Positions 37,214 through 48,660 of a stretch of 64,000 nucleotides of DNA are shown here, in pieces (position 1 is the first letter of the stretch; the number at the start of each line of letters is the position of its first letter). Both the position numbers and the translations under genes were made by a program. The stretch is from Barthelona sp. PCE (taxonomy: Eukaryota). The stretch covers positions 62,001-126,000 of the forward strand of contig JAUFOR010000008.1 in NCBI GenBank assembly GCA_040285745.1, in the 5' to 3' direction. Below the pieces are notes generated by a model. It was given only the letters and a program-made list of their open reading frames with translations. It searched no databases and was not told where the DNA came from.

Positions 37214-39697
37214 ATGTCGACATCAACATTCGCACTGGACGAGAATCGTGTGCTTATTGAGGCCAAACAGTCTGTAATGGAAGCTACAAGCAAGATGAAG
37301 CGAGCTATTGAAGATGCAAAGCTTTTAGAGGCTGTTAAGTTTGCCACCATGATGACCAGTGAACTTCGAGTCAATACACTATCACCTTCAAAGTATTCTG
37401 AGCTTTATTACATGATTACTCAGGAACTTTGGCACTTGATTCTTTTTTTCAAGACTCTTACCGAAAGAGAGATGTTTAGCGCCCTTGAAATTTACGAATT
37501 CGTACAGCAAGTTGGCAGTGCTGTTCCACGTATGTATCTGCTTACTGCAGCAGCTTCATGCCTCTGTAATTCAGGTGAAGAACCCATTAAAAACGTCGTG
37601 CGCGATCTTTTAGAGATGATTAAATGTGTTCAGCACCCAACAAAGGCTCTATTCTTACGTTATTGGTTCGTTCAAGCTATCAAGGCACATTTACCAACTA
37701 ACAACGAAGAGGACCATCGTCACGGAAGTCTCAACGACTCCCTCGACTTTGTCCTAGAGAATTTCCATGAGATGAATATGTTATGGGTTAGAATGGGTGT
37801 TAAGCTACGCACACATAACTACTATGGTGGAAATAACCAGGAGGACCGTCGTATGAAGGAGGAGAAGATGCAGTTGCGCTCTCTTATTGGGCAGAACGTG
37901 TCATTCATAGCTTCTATTGATGGTCTATCTTTTGAGCTGTACAACGAACGCGTTCTCCCAGCTTTTTCTAAGACTATTGCTAAGACAAGCGATGAAATGA
38001 ATCAATTTTATTTGCTTGATTACCTCCTCCACAGTTTCCCTGCTGAATATCACATTAACGCTCTTTCAAAGACTTTGGAAATTTTTGAAGTTCTTTTCCC
38101 ATCTGTGAAGGTGAACGATCTCTTCCTCCCCTTTATTGATTTGCTTAACACAGTGATGAGCACCTCTCCCGAGTCATATCCTCTCGATGTATGTGTCAGT
38201 CACTTTAGACTGTTGCAAGATGCACTGAATGGATTTGTCTCTCACTTTGAAATCAATGTTACTGAGAAGCTTGAACTCTACCAGGCTCTCCTCAGCTTCT
38301 GCGTCAACTTCTGCCTAGATCATGAGGATGGTGCTCTCATCGAAGAGATCTTTGCTGATGTGCTTTCGATGGTGGAGAAGGAGGTCTCTGTGTTGCGCAA
38401 GAACAACCGTGCTATCAGAGTCGCAATCAACATCCTCAAGGTCGTCTTCCAGTCCTTCAACAACATCAAGTTGTTATCCTTCGTTAACGTATTTGAATTG
38501 TTCCGTCTCCTCGACATTCATCAACAGCGTGTCCTCTTTGACGATCTCGTAGCCATGTTTGTTGGTTTGCCAGCCGATCAGCGTGTTAACACTCCAGAGC
38601 TCCTTGAGAAATACCTCAGGGTATTCAGGAATTTGTTGAAACCCAGCGCAACTGATGCAAAGGAGCTAACAGCTGGTGAGATCCGTGTGGATACTAAGCT
38701 GTTCTGCTGTCTCACATTTGCGGTACACAACGATGATGTTATTGTGGAGCGGGAACTCATTGAGCAGTTGTATGAGAATGTTAGGGATGAGATCCCTGAG
38801 CGTGCTCAGCCTATCCTCATCAGATTGAGCCAAATGGTTCTTATCTTGTTGGGTCGCACCCATGCCTTCATTGAGGCGAATCCAGATGCTATCGAATACA
38901 CACAGTCGAATACTAAGGCGGTGGATTTTTCAGATGATGAGAACGAGGAAGAAACAGCAGTCGAAGAGGAGGAGCAAGTTCCACTTCAACTCCTTTCCCT
39001 TTACAAGTTGGGTATGTCAATTGCGAAAGCATTATGTGGTGACATCAAGCGCAAGCCAGTTGCTATTAACTTGTTCAACGCACTTGCGTACACAGCCCAT
39101 TCCCACGGTAATTTGTCAGCGGCATACAACTTCCAGACCGAGGCAGTTGCCGTTCTCGATAGCGGTGTCGATAAGGATCTCATTGTGAATTGTTTCAAGC
39201 GTATCGTAAACAGCGTGCGTGCTCTCGATGACTTACCTTTTGCAAAGAGGAAAAATGTCAACAGTATGCTCAGAAAAATGGCTGAAACGATGCTCAACAA
39301 GGTGCATCAGATTGCAGCACTCATGGAATGCGTTAACTTGTACGCTGAGTGTGTTGAGAAGCACGTGTTCAAGGTTTTGTTATTAACCAATAACAAGGTT
39401 GATGAGTACGAACAGTTTAACAGTGCAGCAGACATCAACGGATATATTATCTCACTATTCAGTATGGCACTCTACCACTTTGAGCGTCAGCAATCTTTGG
39501 AATCTTCAGCTTGTGCACCAAATAAGCGTGTTTCAGCTGAATACATTGAGCAACAGTACGAGATCATTGTTGAAAAGAGCGTATTCTTCAGTGAGGCAGA
39601 GTCAGACCAGTTTGAAGAAATCAGGCACTTTATTCATAACAAGAGAAACACGGTGCCTGAGATTTTTGGATTGTTGAGCATCCCCGAATTCGAGTAG
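37214..39697 (+). CDS. VPS35: Retromer subunit Vps35
   Basis: ELR...LSPSKYSELY, VPRMYL, CVQHPTKALFLRY, NFHEMNMLWVRM. Confidence 0.92.
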   Translation: MSTSTFALDENRVLIEAKQSVMEATSKMKRAIEDAKLLEAVKFATMMTSELRVNTLSPSKYSELYYMITQELWHLILFFKTLTEREMFSALEIYEFVQQVGSAVPRMYLLTAAASCLCNSGEEPIKNVVRDLLEMIKCVQHPTKALFLRYWFVQAIKAHLPTNNEEDHRHGSLNDSLDFVLENFHEMNMLWVRMGVKLRTHNYYGGNNQEDRRMKEEKMQLRSLIGQNVSFIASIDGLSFELYNERVLPAFSKTIAKTSDEMNQFYLLDYLLHSFPAEYHINALSKTLEIFEVLFPSVKVNDLFLPFIDLLNTVMSTSPESYPLDVCVSHFRLLQDALNGFVSHFEINVTEKLELYQALLSFCVNFCLDHEDGALIEEIFADVLSMVEKEVSVLRKNNRAIRVAINILKVVFQSFNNIKLLSFVNVFELFRLLDIHQQRVLFDDLVAMFVGLPADQRVNTPELLEKYLRVFRNLLKPSATDAKELTAGEIRVDTKLFCCLTFAVHNDDVIVERELIEQLYENVRDEIPERAQPILIRLSQMVLILLGRTHAFIEANPDAIEYTQSNTKAVDFSDDENEEETAVEEEEQVPLQLLSLYKLGMSIAKALCGDIKRKPVAINLFNALAYTAHSHGNLSAAYNFQTEAVAVLDSGVDKDLIVNCFKRIVNSVRALDDLPFAKRKNVNSMLRKMAETMLNKVHQIAALMECVNLYAECVEKHVFKVLLLTNNKVDEYEQFNSAADINGYIISLFSMALYHFERQQSLESSACAPNKRVSAEYIEQQYEIIVEKSVFFSEAESDQFEEIRHFIHNKRNTVPEIFGLLSIPEFE

Positions 39698-39937
39698 TAC
39701 ATAAGTATAAGTAAAAGATAGTGTTATATAAAAAACATTTACTAAAGCTATGCACAAAGGCAACTAGGGAGATTTGTCTTGTTGTAGATCATCGTTGCGA
39801 TGACAAGAATAACAAAACCGATTAATTGAAGAGAAAGAAACACATTAACATGATTTTTGTTTAATATTATTCATAGTCTTGAGCTAAACCTATCTTTTCT
39901 ACCTATTGTAGAATATAAAAAAAAAACATATTGTTTA

Positions 39938-42379
39938 CTAACGAAGTGCTGTTGCTGCACTGTGAATTACTTCTGAAACACGCATAAAAATTGCGTTTAT
40001 AGACTCTTCTATGAGGTTTTGAATGTAATCATAAGCTTCTAAATCACTAATATCGAGCCTAAACTTCTCAATGACGGTTGCTAGTGCTTTGTGAATCTCG
40101 GCATCGGAATCACCAAAAGATTGATAGCCTGCACTTTTCATATTTGATACAATAGCCCATATCAACTGAGCATGTTTACGTAACACAAGAAATGCCTCGC
40201 AACACAATTCTCTAAACTTCCGGAACGGAAAACTCTTCTTACCGCCCATAGCATCGATCATCTCTCTTGTCAGTTTCATCGGCGCAGGGAATGGCTTGGG
40301 ATCCTTTCCCAATATGAAACCAAAGTCGATGTGCATAACCCGGCCGTCTTCGAAAACCATAACGTTGTCGTTATGACGATCACCAATGCCCAACAAGTAT
40401 GTTGCAACTGAGTACCCAGCAAGGCTTTTGATATAGTTCTCTATGACAGTAGAATCGACATAGCCGTATTCACGTGAAGTGGAAGGATGCAGGGTCTGAA
40501 AATATCCAGTGAGCCCATTTTTGTTCTCCTTAAGGATATCCGAAAGCCCCTGCACTCCAGGGACGCGATACACACACCCCGAATCCGTACCTGTTGCTAA
40601 GGACGGGTAGCATGTGAACAGTAAATTCATTCCATGGCGCTTAAGAATGTAGTCGAAGAGCTCAAACATCGCAATGACGAATTGATCTTGTCTCACATCA
40701 TCGCCTACCTTATAAATAACACGATATCTTTCCCGTTCACCCTTGGCGTCTTTTGTTTGCATAAACGTGAGTGTATATGGTCTCTGAGCAGACCCAAAAA
40801 TGCCAGCCTTCTCCGCTACATATGCGTCGATTTTAATCGATGGGTCAACATGCCACGGAAGAGGATCATCAAGCAATGGACTTATATGCTTGGCACTGTT
40901 TTCCCGTAACCATTCAATTCCAACGCTTCGCTTCATATTTGTAGTTATGCTCTTTAAATGCTTGATGGTTGCATCAAACTCATGATGTCTATCGAGTAGT
41001 GCTCGAATGTCCGGTGACAGAACAGAAAGGAGTAAGCTAAGAGTGTCCTCCAGAAACTCCCGCTCAACATCACGGTTGATAACATGCTCAATTTCGCTTT
41101 GCAACCCCCAATATAAATATGTGAGCATGCGTAGATTATCAGACGATCCTACGCACACGTCAATGATAAAGTCACGCAGTGAAGTGTGGCCCACCAGACT
41201 ATCAAGCTTCAGTGACTGAACAAGCGGGAGGAGTACGAATGAAATGTGTGCAGGTGGACAGAGTCTCAACTTATCAACTGCAAATGAACGAATATGGCCA
41301 GATCCCTTGGTTCTTATGAAATCCTCGCTTAAAAGACATACACAGACACCAAGAAGTCCAAAACTGGTTAATACATCATCATCTACACTGATTGGATGTG
41401 TTGGCAGATTCCATTTGTGCATTGTAGCCAGGCCCTGCTCTGTCTGGGCTTCATCTGTCCAGTCAACGCTGTACATAAAGTGCGGGAGAGCATGTGGATC
41501 ACGACTGAGAGCGTACTGATATACCCAGATGAGATCGGTCTGTTCCGTCGTCAAGTTGGAAAACTGGAGAACAGAGAGGGCTGTCTTCAACTTTCTACGG
41601 GTGGCTTCATCAGGTTTGATATTATCAAGGTGCTTTTTGCTACGTACAAGTCTTGAGCATATGTGCTGTTGTGGCAAGGTGACGTTAAACGGGAGATCAA
41701 GTTGCTGGCTCACGTGGCACTCACCTATAACAATGGAGTCAGGTGCAAACCGGACTGGCTTACTAAATTCTGGGAAACTGAGCGATATATATGACGTGTC
41801 TGTCTGAACCGGTTGCTTTTTGTTCAGTCGCCCAATCTCCAGTAGTACATGTCTGTCCAAGTAGTCATCGCTCGGAAGTGTGCCCGTTGTCATCATATTC
41901 AATAGTGAAATGAGCCTGGTGAGTTCCGGATTATTAACATCATGCTGCGTCACACAATCTTCGCCACTGTACAGATCTTCACCAGGCGTAATGACCATAG
42001 AGAGGTATCGGCCTGCACGAAGGTATCCCCCATGAAAAACATTGATATGCGTAACTCCAAGAACAGTTTCCATATCTTTAAGAAGCACAATGACGAGTTG
42101 TGAGTCCTTATTGAGCGTCTTGATGTTGATAGGAAGTTTCATCCACTCATCCCAGCGACACAACATGGGATCTGGAAAGTGTCGGAAGGGAAACGGTATC
42201 GGGTCAAACAACGGCACTCCGTTTGTAGTTATTGTACAGAGACATGTAATTTCAAACACATCATCGATGGTTTCATCGTAGCTGGGGTTTGTGTATGTGT
42301 CAAGCTTGAATGCACAATCAAGCTCGATACCATTATGAAATAAAATATCGTCGTTATATTCTTCTTCGTTTTTATCCAT
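39938..42379 (-). CDS. VPS34: Class III phosphatidylinositol 3-kinase Vps34
   Basis: C2-like (WDEWMKLP), helical and kinase domains: KVGDDVRQDQ, GIGDRHNDN, HIDFGFILGKDPKPFPAPMKL. Confidence 0.93.
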   Translation of the reverse strand: MDKNEEEYNDDILFHNGIELDCAFKLDTYTNPSYDETIDDVFEITCLCTITTNGVPLFDPIPFPFRHFPDPMLCRWDEWMKLPINIKTLNKDSQLVIVLLKDMETVLGVTHINVFHGGYLRAGRYLSMVITPGEDLYSGEDCVTQHDVNNPELTRLISLLNMMTTGTLPSDDYLDRHVLLEIGRLNKKQPVQTDTSYISLSFPEFSKPVRFAPDSIVIGECHVSQQLDLPFNVTLPQQHICSRLVRSKKHLDNIKPDEATRRKLKTALSVLQFSNLTTEQTDLIWVYQYALSRDPHALPHFMYSVDWTDEAQTEQGLATMHKWNLPTHPISVDDDVLTSFGLLGVCVCLLSEDFIRTKGSGHIRSFAVDKLRLCPPAHISFVLLPLVQSLKLDSLVGHTSLRDFIIDVCVGSSDNLRMLTYLYWGLQSEIEHVINRDVEREFLEDTLSLLLSVLSPDIRALLDRHHEFDATIKHLKSITTNMKRSVGIEWLRENSAKHISPLLDDPLPWHVDPSIKIDAYVAEKAGIFGSAQRPYTLTFMQTKDAKGERERYRVIYKVGDDVRQDQFVIAMFELFDYILKRHGMNLLFTCYPSLATGTDSGCVYRVPGVQGLSDILKENKNGLTGYFQTLHPSTSREYGYVDSTVIENYIKSLAGYSVATYLLGIGDRHNDNVMVFEDGRVMHIDFGFILGKDPKPFPAPMKLTREMIDAMGGKKSFPFRKFRELCCEAFLVLRKHAQLIWAIVSNMKSAGYQSFGDSDAEIHKALATVIEKFRLDISDLEAYDYIQNLIEESINAIFMRVSEVIHSAATALR

Positions 42380-42497
42380 TCTTATTTGCTGAAATGTGCA
42401 TGTTTGCCCTCAAAAATTGTTGATAAAAGGATAAAAGTGTTAAACAGCTGAATTAAATTTTCTCTTCCTTTCAAAACGTTTTTAACGTTTCTGGGTA

Positions 42498-43469
42498 ATG
42501 AGCGGGGAAAATAGAACTGTTACAGCCAGCAAAGATCAGAATGTAGCCCAGTTTAATGAACAGCTTATTACAGCTGCAGGATACTCAACGCACGAGGGAA
42601 CCTGCCTTTTATGGGCTTACAGTGATGCAGTTATCATTGAGATATCTGGAAGTGATAAGGCGATATCCTTAAGTCCTCTTGATATGGTTGTTTCTGCATA
42701 TGTAACACGTTTTGACAATGAATGGCATTGTTTATTAGGCTGTCGACAGGGAAGCATCCTTCACTGGTGCTCTCAGAAGAATGAGACCACAACCGTTGTT
42801 GAAATGGACAAACAGCTGCCGATCACCAAAATCTGCATGGGATTTGGTCTTGTTGGATTTGTACATGATTCTAAAGCATACATAACATCACTGTTTAACG
42901 ATCTTCAATACTATCCCCTCACTAATGCGGGCACGTATGATGTTGTTATACAGTCTGATCAGGACGGATATTTTGCGTGTGTAGCTGGAGATTTTGGTGT
43001 TCAAATATTCTCAGTGAACCCGTACGAGCACACAGTTCAGTCTGATGTATATGTGGTTCGAGATGCCATGTCGGAAGTTGCATTTCGTGCACATAACGGG
43101 CATCTTGTTGGAGCTGCAACGGGATACAACACGTTACACGTGTTTAGCATAGCTAAAGCAGCAGATCTAGCAGGAAATGTTTTCTCACATTGTGTGTCTG
43201 AGCGGCAGTCAGTTATGTTCACAAAACCCAGCATTGTATATAATCCGCTGAGGACAACAGATGAGCTGTGTATTTTCTGCTGCTCATCAAGCGGATTTAT
43301 ATATCGAATGGTATGGGTTTTTGAGACAAGTTTCATAACTCCGCTTGAACAACTCCCATCAACTTTTCTGAATGCGTTCTGTGTCGGATCAGTTCGTAGT
43401 GGGCATGAAATGCACTTTTTTGATGTTGAAAATACAATTGCAGTATTCCCCTTTTCGGAATTACAATAA
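42498..43469 (+). CDS. Hypothetical protein, possibly divergent beta-propeller
   Basis: 323-aa ATG ORF with WD-like segments (LLGCRQGSILHW, VAGDFGVQIF). Confidence 0.55.
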   Translation: MSGENRTVTASKDQNVAQFNEQLITAAGYSTHEGTCLLWAYSDAVIIEISGSDKAISLSPLDMVVSAYVTRFDNEWHCLLGCRQGSILHWCSQKNETTTVVEMDKQLPITKICMGFGLVGFVHDSKAYITSLFNDLQYYPLTNAGTYDVVIQSDQDGYFACVAGDFGVQIFSVNPYEHTVQSDVYVVRDAMSEVAFRAHNGHLVGAATGYNTLHVFSIAKAADLAGNVFSHCVSERQSVMFTKPSIVYNPLRTTDELCIFCCSSSGFIYRMVWVFETSFITPLEQLPSTFLNAFCVGSVRSGHEMHFFDVENTIAVFPFSELQ

Positions 43470-43496
43470 ATCGCAGTAATAAGTTATAATTTACAT

Positions 43497-44456
43497 CTAG
43501 ATCGATTCGCATTGGTATAGATAAGGGAGCGTGTGTACATTGAGCTTCTTCTCTGTCCTTACACTGTTGGCATTAGTTGTTACTATGGTTGGGTTAATGG
43601 TGGCCTTCTTTGACAAAACAAACGCGCGAATCTGATCTAATGATCGCGCAGAGTGCACCTTTGTGTGTTTATGCTTGGAGCTTGGGCGATATCGAGTATT
43701 AAACGATGGATCAACACGGGTGTTGTTATCCCACCCATTTTCTAACTCTTCTTTCTTCTCCTCCGTCATCTCAGTTGTGTCGTACGTGACAGGGACACCG
43801 TCTTCGACCTCATGCGCCATGATGCGAGGCTTTAAATCCTCTTCAACCATAACGACTTCAGCAACTTCTGTAGCCATCTCTGTGACCATTGACTCTTGCT
43901 CAGCCTTCATGTTCTCCAGTCGCTCTTCGCCCTTTTCCTTGACAGTTTGAAGCAATTCCTTCATATTATCATCCTCAAGAATGGTCAAATCAAGACTTTC
44001 AGTAAATTCCAACAATGCCTCGATTTGCTGCTTTTCTTTTGACTCCTCTGCCTGCTTGATCTCATCCTCTGTCTTGGCCCAATCAGGTTTTCTTCTCCTA
44101 CGACTTCTTTTTTTACGATTCCTTTTTTTCTCGGCTTCTTCCTCATCTATTCGCTTTTGTTTCATTTGAGCACCATATTCCTTCAACCACCGCCTGTGCT
44201 TTTGAATATATGAAGTCATATGAGCTTTCTTACGTCGTTCGTCAATTTCTTTGTGGAGTTCTGAATCCTTGCTTCGAACTGTATCAGATGTGTACGTAAG
44301 ATAATTTTGTGTTCTTGAAGTTGAAATAAATGGTCGAACAAAAGGCTTAGTCTCGGGTTGATAACTTTGTGAGTCTTGTGTGTAAGAAACAACGTTATTG
44401 GGAACCTCCGGTGGCTCACTTATTAATAAGTTTTTGGCATCACTCGAAAAACTCAT
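43497..44456 (-). CDS. Uncharacterised charged/coiled-coil protein
   Basis: KPDWAKTE...LLEFTESLD, KVHSARS and C-terminal LPYLY motifs; likely ATG at 44456. Confidence 0.6.
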   Translation of the reverse strand: MSFSSDAKNLLISEPPEVPNNVVSYTQDSQSYQPETKPFVRPFISTSRTQNYLTYTSDTVRSKDSELHKEIDERRKKAHMTSYIQKHRRWLKEYGAQMKQKRIDEEEAEKKRNRKKRSRRRRKPDWAKTEDEIKQAEESKEKQQIEALLEFTESLDLTILEDDNMKELLQTVKEKGEERLENMKAEQESMVTEMATEVAEVVMVEEDLKPRIMAHEVEDGVPVTYDTTEMTEEKKEELENGWDNNTRVDPSFNTRYRPSSKHKHTKVHSARSLDQIRAFVLSKKATINPTIVTTNANSVRTEKKLNVHTLPYLYQCESI

Positions 44457-44559
44457 GCTAAACGATGGAAAAGGAAAAACTTTTAAAAACAAATGTTTCG
44501 TGTTTTATAACCAATTTCAATTCGTTGCACAATCTCATTTAATCGTGTGCTGAGCGTGT

Positions 44560-46509
44560 ATGAAGTTTACTAGCACATATTCCGTTTTAAAAGGGGATTT
44601 AGCGACTTTAGTATTTCAGTTTTGGCCTCCTCATCATGACACATGGGATACCGCATCATTCGAAGCTTCAGTCCTCAACGTGCCTGATACGCCAAAAGGT
44701 TGCGTCCTTGTGCGGCCAGATTCTCGTTTGCGACCGTGCAAATTGTCAATAGAGTTTGAAGGTACAATTCCATGTGTGAGGGGTGTGTGTATTATTTCAA
44801 CTGCTCGCAGATGTACACTTAATGATGTTACTACAATCACTGGAACGAACAACGGTAAGCGTTGGCAGAAATTATTTTTGAGTTCTCGAGATCTAGTTGA
44901 AAATAATCAGCTGACTGTGCGGTTCCCGCTTAGTAACGCGAGGGGCGGCATCGAGGTGTACTCTATCTGTTTATTTTGTGAGAATGAGAATGTTGGAAAC
45001 AAGAACATTGTCAGTCCTACATCGTTGGATTCGGACTTTCCGGTCATCAAGTCACAACAGTTTGAACTGCAGCCGTCGCCCATCTCAGACATTTCTCCCA
45101 TCAAAAGCTCGCGTTTACCTCAACCGCACTCACCCTTTGATTCTAGCACTCTTCCTGAGCGATTGTTGATGCCCACAAGTGAAGTGAGGGTAGTGGTTGA
45201 GGAACAGGTGACGCCCAAACCAGTGCCAAAAGATGATACGATTGATTTGGTTAAAGCTTTTTCGAGCATTATGAACACTGAGATTGACGAGACACCACCC
45301 TCTTTTTCAGCACAGCTTGTTTTCCCAGCTATTTTATCCGAACCCTCTATACCATCTGAGGTCATACAACCCTCCTCAAAGGAGGATAAGATTGAGGTTA
45401 AGGAAGAAGAGGTTGAGAAAAATCAAATTGTGGATGAGATAGATGAATACATGACGCCTGATCGTATCGATATCGTGAAAGAAAAGGAGCCCAGCGTATC
45501 TCCGCTCAGATACACAGAACTGGCAAGTACAGCTAGTTCAATGGCTTCACCCACGCAAGATATGATAGATCGTCAAGCAAATGCCATTGCGGATGTTCTG
45601 GCATCCCGATTGTTTTTGACCCAGACCAATTCGACCTCGCACGTCGAGGAGTTGGTCATTGAATGCCTGAGGAATAACAATGTTAGTGAAACAATTGTTC
45701 AGGCCGTAAAGGAAATTTTTGCATCCGATAAGACGGGTATCAGTCCAGTTCGTAAGCATGTTCCAATAATACAAACAGAGACGATCGATACATCACCAAA
45801 TCACACCACACAGGCACCAGTGGAAGCAGAAGAGGTAGACAGCTTCCTAGGCCTGAGCGGGTTGAGCATGGGCAGTGTTGGCAGTAGATTCTCTGTTGAT
45901 GACTTCAACGTGGCACAGCAGAGAATTGAGGATGACATTGAGAAGCGGAAAAGCGGTTTTGTGACTTCTCCACTTGCAAGTGTTGCAACAGTGGTTGACA
46001 ACGCCAGCGATATATCACTCACAGAAGTTGTTAACTTGTCAGACCTATCCATGGGAGAGGATGAAGTTGTTGAACCAGAACTTGAGGCAGAACTTATTGA
46101 GGCAGATGTCATGGTTAAACCTGTACAAGCCGTGGAGGAGCCACGCAGTTATGTTGATGAGTATCGTAAATCTCTTGCGTTTGAACTGGACTCGTTACTG
46201 GAGCGACAGTCGCAGCGTATCAACCAGCCATTGGACGAGGTAGTGGATGAAGAAAAAATAGATAAAGAACTACAGGAGCAGAAACGTGTTTCAGATAGCA
46301 TCATGAACGATCTTGAAGTGAAGGATGTACCTGTTCCTGATGTTTCAGTGGAGAAGGAGGTGAAGGATGTCGAACCTGCAAGATTTATGAGTGAAACCAG
46401 GGAATTCGGGATTCAGTCTGTTGTTTTTGTGGAGAAAATGCCAGTTACACCACCCCCGCGCATAATAGCACCTCGTTTGCGTGAAAGAATGAGGAGAAGA
46501 AAAAAGTAA
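44560..46509 (+). CDS. Hypothetical protein: globular N-terminal domain plus long acidic S/P/E-rich region
   Basis: 649-aa ORF; PCKL...CIISTAR weakly recalls PAAT/C10orf88. Confidence 0.55.
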   Translation: MKFTSTYSVLKGDLATLVFQFWPPHHDTWDTASFEASVLNVPDTPKGCVLVRPDSRLRPCKLSIEFEGTIPCVRGVCIISTARRCTLNDVTTITGTNNGKRWQKLFLSSRDLVENNQLTVRFPLSNARGGIEVYSICLFCENENVGNKNIVSPTSLDSDFPVIKSQQFELQPSPISDISPIKSSRLPQPHSPFDSSTLPERLLMPTSEVRVVVEEQVTPKPVPKDDTIDLVKAFSSIMNTEIDETPPSFSAQLVFPAILSEPSIPSEVIQPSSKEDKIEVKEEEVEKNQIVDEIDEYMTPDRIDIVKEKEPSVSPLRYTELASTASSMASPTQDMIDRQANAIADVLASRLFLTQTNSTSHVEELVIECLRNNNVSETIVQAVKEIFASDKTGISPVRKHVPIIQTETIDTSPNHTTQAPVEAEEVDSFLGLSGLSMGSVGSRFSVDDFNVAQQRIEDDIEKRKSGFVTSPLASVATVVDNASDISLTEVVNLSDLSMGEDEVVEPELEAELIEADVMVKPVQAVEEPRSYVDEYRKSLAFELDSLLERQSQRINQPLDEVVDEEKIDKELQEQKRVSDSIMNDLEVKDVPVPDVSVEKEVKDVEPARFMSETREFGIQSVVFVEKMPVTPPPRIIAPRLRERMRRRKK

Positions 46510-46629
46510 ATAGTGTTTATGTGATTTTAGAGATTATTTGTCTGGCTTTTGTGGTTTTTTATTGTAGAAAAATACATTTCTTAATGTTGAAATAGTAAAA
46601 AACTTACTTTAAAAAGAATACACTATATC

Positions 46630-48564
46630 ATGAACGTAACAACGGATAATTTTATTGATGCGTTGCCAGTGATCAAGGATTCTATTGACAACAGCATTGC
46701 TATTGCAATTGATTTTGAGTTTTGTGGAGGTATGTCCAATAGCAGTTCATCTTTCGCTGATGCGCCTTTTTTGCGTTATGAGAATGAGCTGAAGGGGACC
46801 AAGAAGCCAATTATTAGTCAAGTGGGTCTTGCAATGGTCAACAGCAGTATGGAATGTGATGTTTATAACATTTTCCACATGCCAGAACGTTCAAACAGGA
46901 GATCAGACATGACACTGTCAAAGGGATCCTTGCAATTCCTCGCTGATAACCACTTTGATTTTAACCAATGGGTCAAGAAGGGAGTTTCTTCCTTGAGAAA
47001 GAGAAGTGCAGATAAATTTATGAATAATAAGCGCTCTAAGTACGAGGTCAGCGATAAGTACAAGGTTAGTGAAAGTGATTTAGCAGTTTTACAGCCTTTC
47101 CTTGATGCTTTTGAGGAACTTGATTTCTTTGCTGGAGAATTTCCTGAAGATATGTTCCAGAAGAGAATTGTTGATCGCCCCGACGGCTGGAGAGATGATA
47201 TGTCTTCTTTTAGCGTTGTGAAATTGGAAGAAGGTGTTCTTCATTTGACGGCTCCTTCATGGATTCTCGAGAAAGCTGCTCGAAAATATTTGCTAAACAG
47301 CGGATTCCGTTATGAGGAAACTGTTCACCAAAAGAATGGATTCATCGACTTTGTCGTGTACAAGTTGGAGGATGATCGTGATGCAGAATTTATGGAGTTG
47401 CGCACTGCTCATGTTGAAGGAGAAATCATTATGGGAGTTGGTGTCACTCTGATTTTTGAGCACTTGATCAAGGCAGGTAAGCCCATCATTGGTCACAACT
47501 GTATGACAGATCTCATCTTCGCAATGAACACTTTCTGGGATCCTGAGAATAATCCTCAAACACTTGTTGAGTTCGGACACTTCCTTGTACAGAATAATAT
47601 CACACTATTGGACTCCAAGGTACTGGCCAAGGGTATGGATCTTCAAGAAACCTATCTAGGCGGTCTTTACACAAATATCAGAAAACTTGAGAACGATGAT
47701 GAAGCTCTGCTTGAGGGTATGTTCCGCCCCGACCGTTTTGTCAAGTTGCGTGATTGTGCCATTAATGAGGACTACAAGGTAATAGAAATGCTCGCCAAGG
47801 ATGATGTTAAAGAGTTTGTTGAAAACAACGCACATGAGGCCGGATATGACGCTTACTTCACCGCGTACAGCTTTTTCGCTCTTCTTCAGAACTACCTTCC
47901 GCTTTTTGACCTTGACATCGAAGGAATTCCAGATGGTTTCGTTGCAGCAATGAGCGATAGCATGACAAATAGCATTTGTGCATACGGTTCAATGTACCCT
48001 TCGCTCTCTCTCGTTGGTCCTCAGGAGTTTGTAGACTTGTCTTACTCATACGCAATTATTATTGATAAAGATTATCCCTTGTTCAAGTGGCGTGTAGGTG
48101 ATGAACTCGCTAAGATTATCCCTGAGCTCAAGCCTTTTGTTGAGAACCGCTCAATCAGAGTTGATAAGGGAACGGGTTTCAACACTTATTATGTACGTTG
48201 GGATAATAACAAGAAACAACAGCAGTTTGATAAGGCTGTCGCCGAGTGGAAGAATTTCGAGTGCGATGAGAATGATGAAGAATCCATGAAGAAATACACA
48301 GAGTTGGGAGAGCGAATTGCCAAGCTTTCAAGTGAGATTGAGATTCTTAAGCCAAAGAAGATTGCATTCCTCAAGGCTATGATTGGACTCAACACTTCTA
48401 AGAAGATGAGAAAGCGTAACATCATAGTTCAGCCTCTTGCTGATTACTTTGACAGAATTTATAGTGTTCAGCTGACCAAGGCCAATTTGCGCATTGGTTA
48501 CAATAGAGAGCGTGCTATATCAATGAAACGTCAATGTTTGGCTGAAGATGTGCTTGAAGAATGA
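46630..48564 (+). CDS. PARN: Poly(A)-specific ribonuclease (CAF1/DEDD family, PARN-like)
   Basis: AIDFEF.G, SLQFL..HFDFN, IIGHNC..DL, AHEAGYDAY.T. Confidence 0.85.
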   Translation: MNVTTDNFIDALPVIKDSIDNSIAIAIDFEFCGGMSNSSSSFADAPFLRYENELKGTKKPIISQVGLAMVNSSMECDVYNIFHMPERSNRRSDMTLSKGSLQFLADNHFDFNQWVKKGVSSLRKRSADKFMNNKRSKYEVSDKYKVSESDLAVLQPFLDAFEELDFFAGEFPEDMFQKRIVDRPDGWRDDMSSFSVVKLEEGVLHLTAPSWILEKAARKYLLNSGFRYEETVHQKNGFIDFVVYKLEDDRDAEFMELRTAHVEGEIIMGVGVTLIFEHLIKAGKPIIGHNCMTDLIFAMNTFWDPENNPQTLVEFGHFLVQNNITLLDSKVLAKGMDLQETYLGGLYTNIRKLENDDEALLEGMFRPDRFVKLRDCAINEDYKVIEMLAKDDVKEFVENNAHEAGYDAYFTAYSFFALLQNYLPLFDLDIEGIPDGFVAAMSDSMTNSICAYGSMYPSLSLVGPQEFVDLSYSYAIIIDKDYPLFKWRVGDELAKIIPELKPFVENRSIRVDKGTGFNTYYVRWDNNKKQQQFDKAVAEWKNFECDENDEESMKKYTELGERIAKLSSEIEILKPKKIAFLKAMIGLNTSKKMRKRNIIVQPLADYFDRIYSVQLTKANLRIGYNRERAISMKRQCLAEDVLEE

Positions 48565-48660
48565 TCATTCGTATCAGAAAGGGAAAATTTCTGATTTATT
48601 AAAGAAATTTAGAGATGTATAAGAGTAAACAATAATGTATAATGTAGCAATTTACTAACC

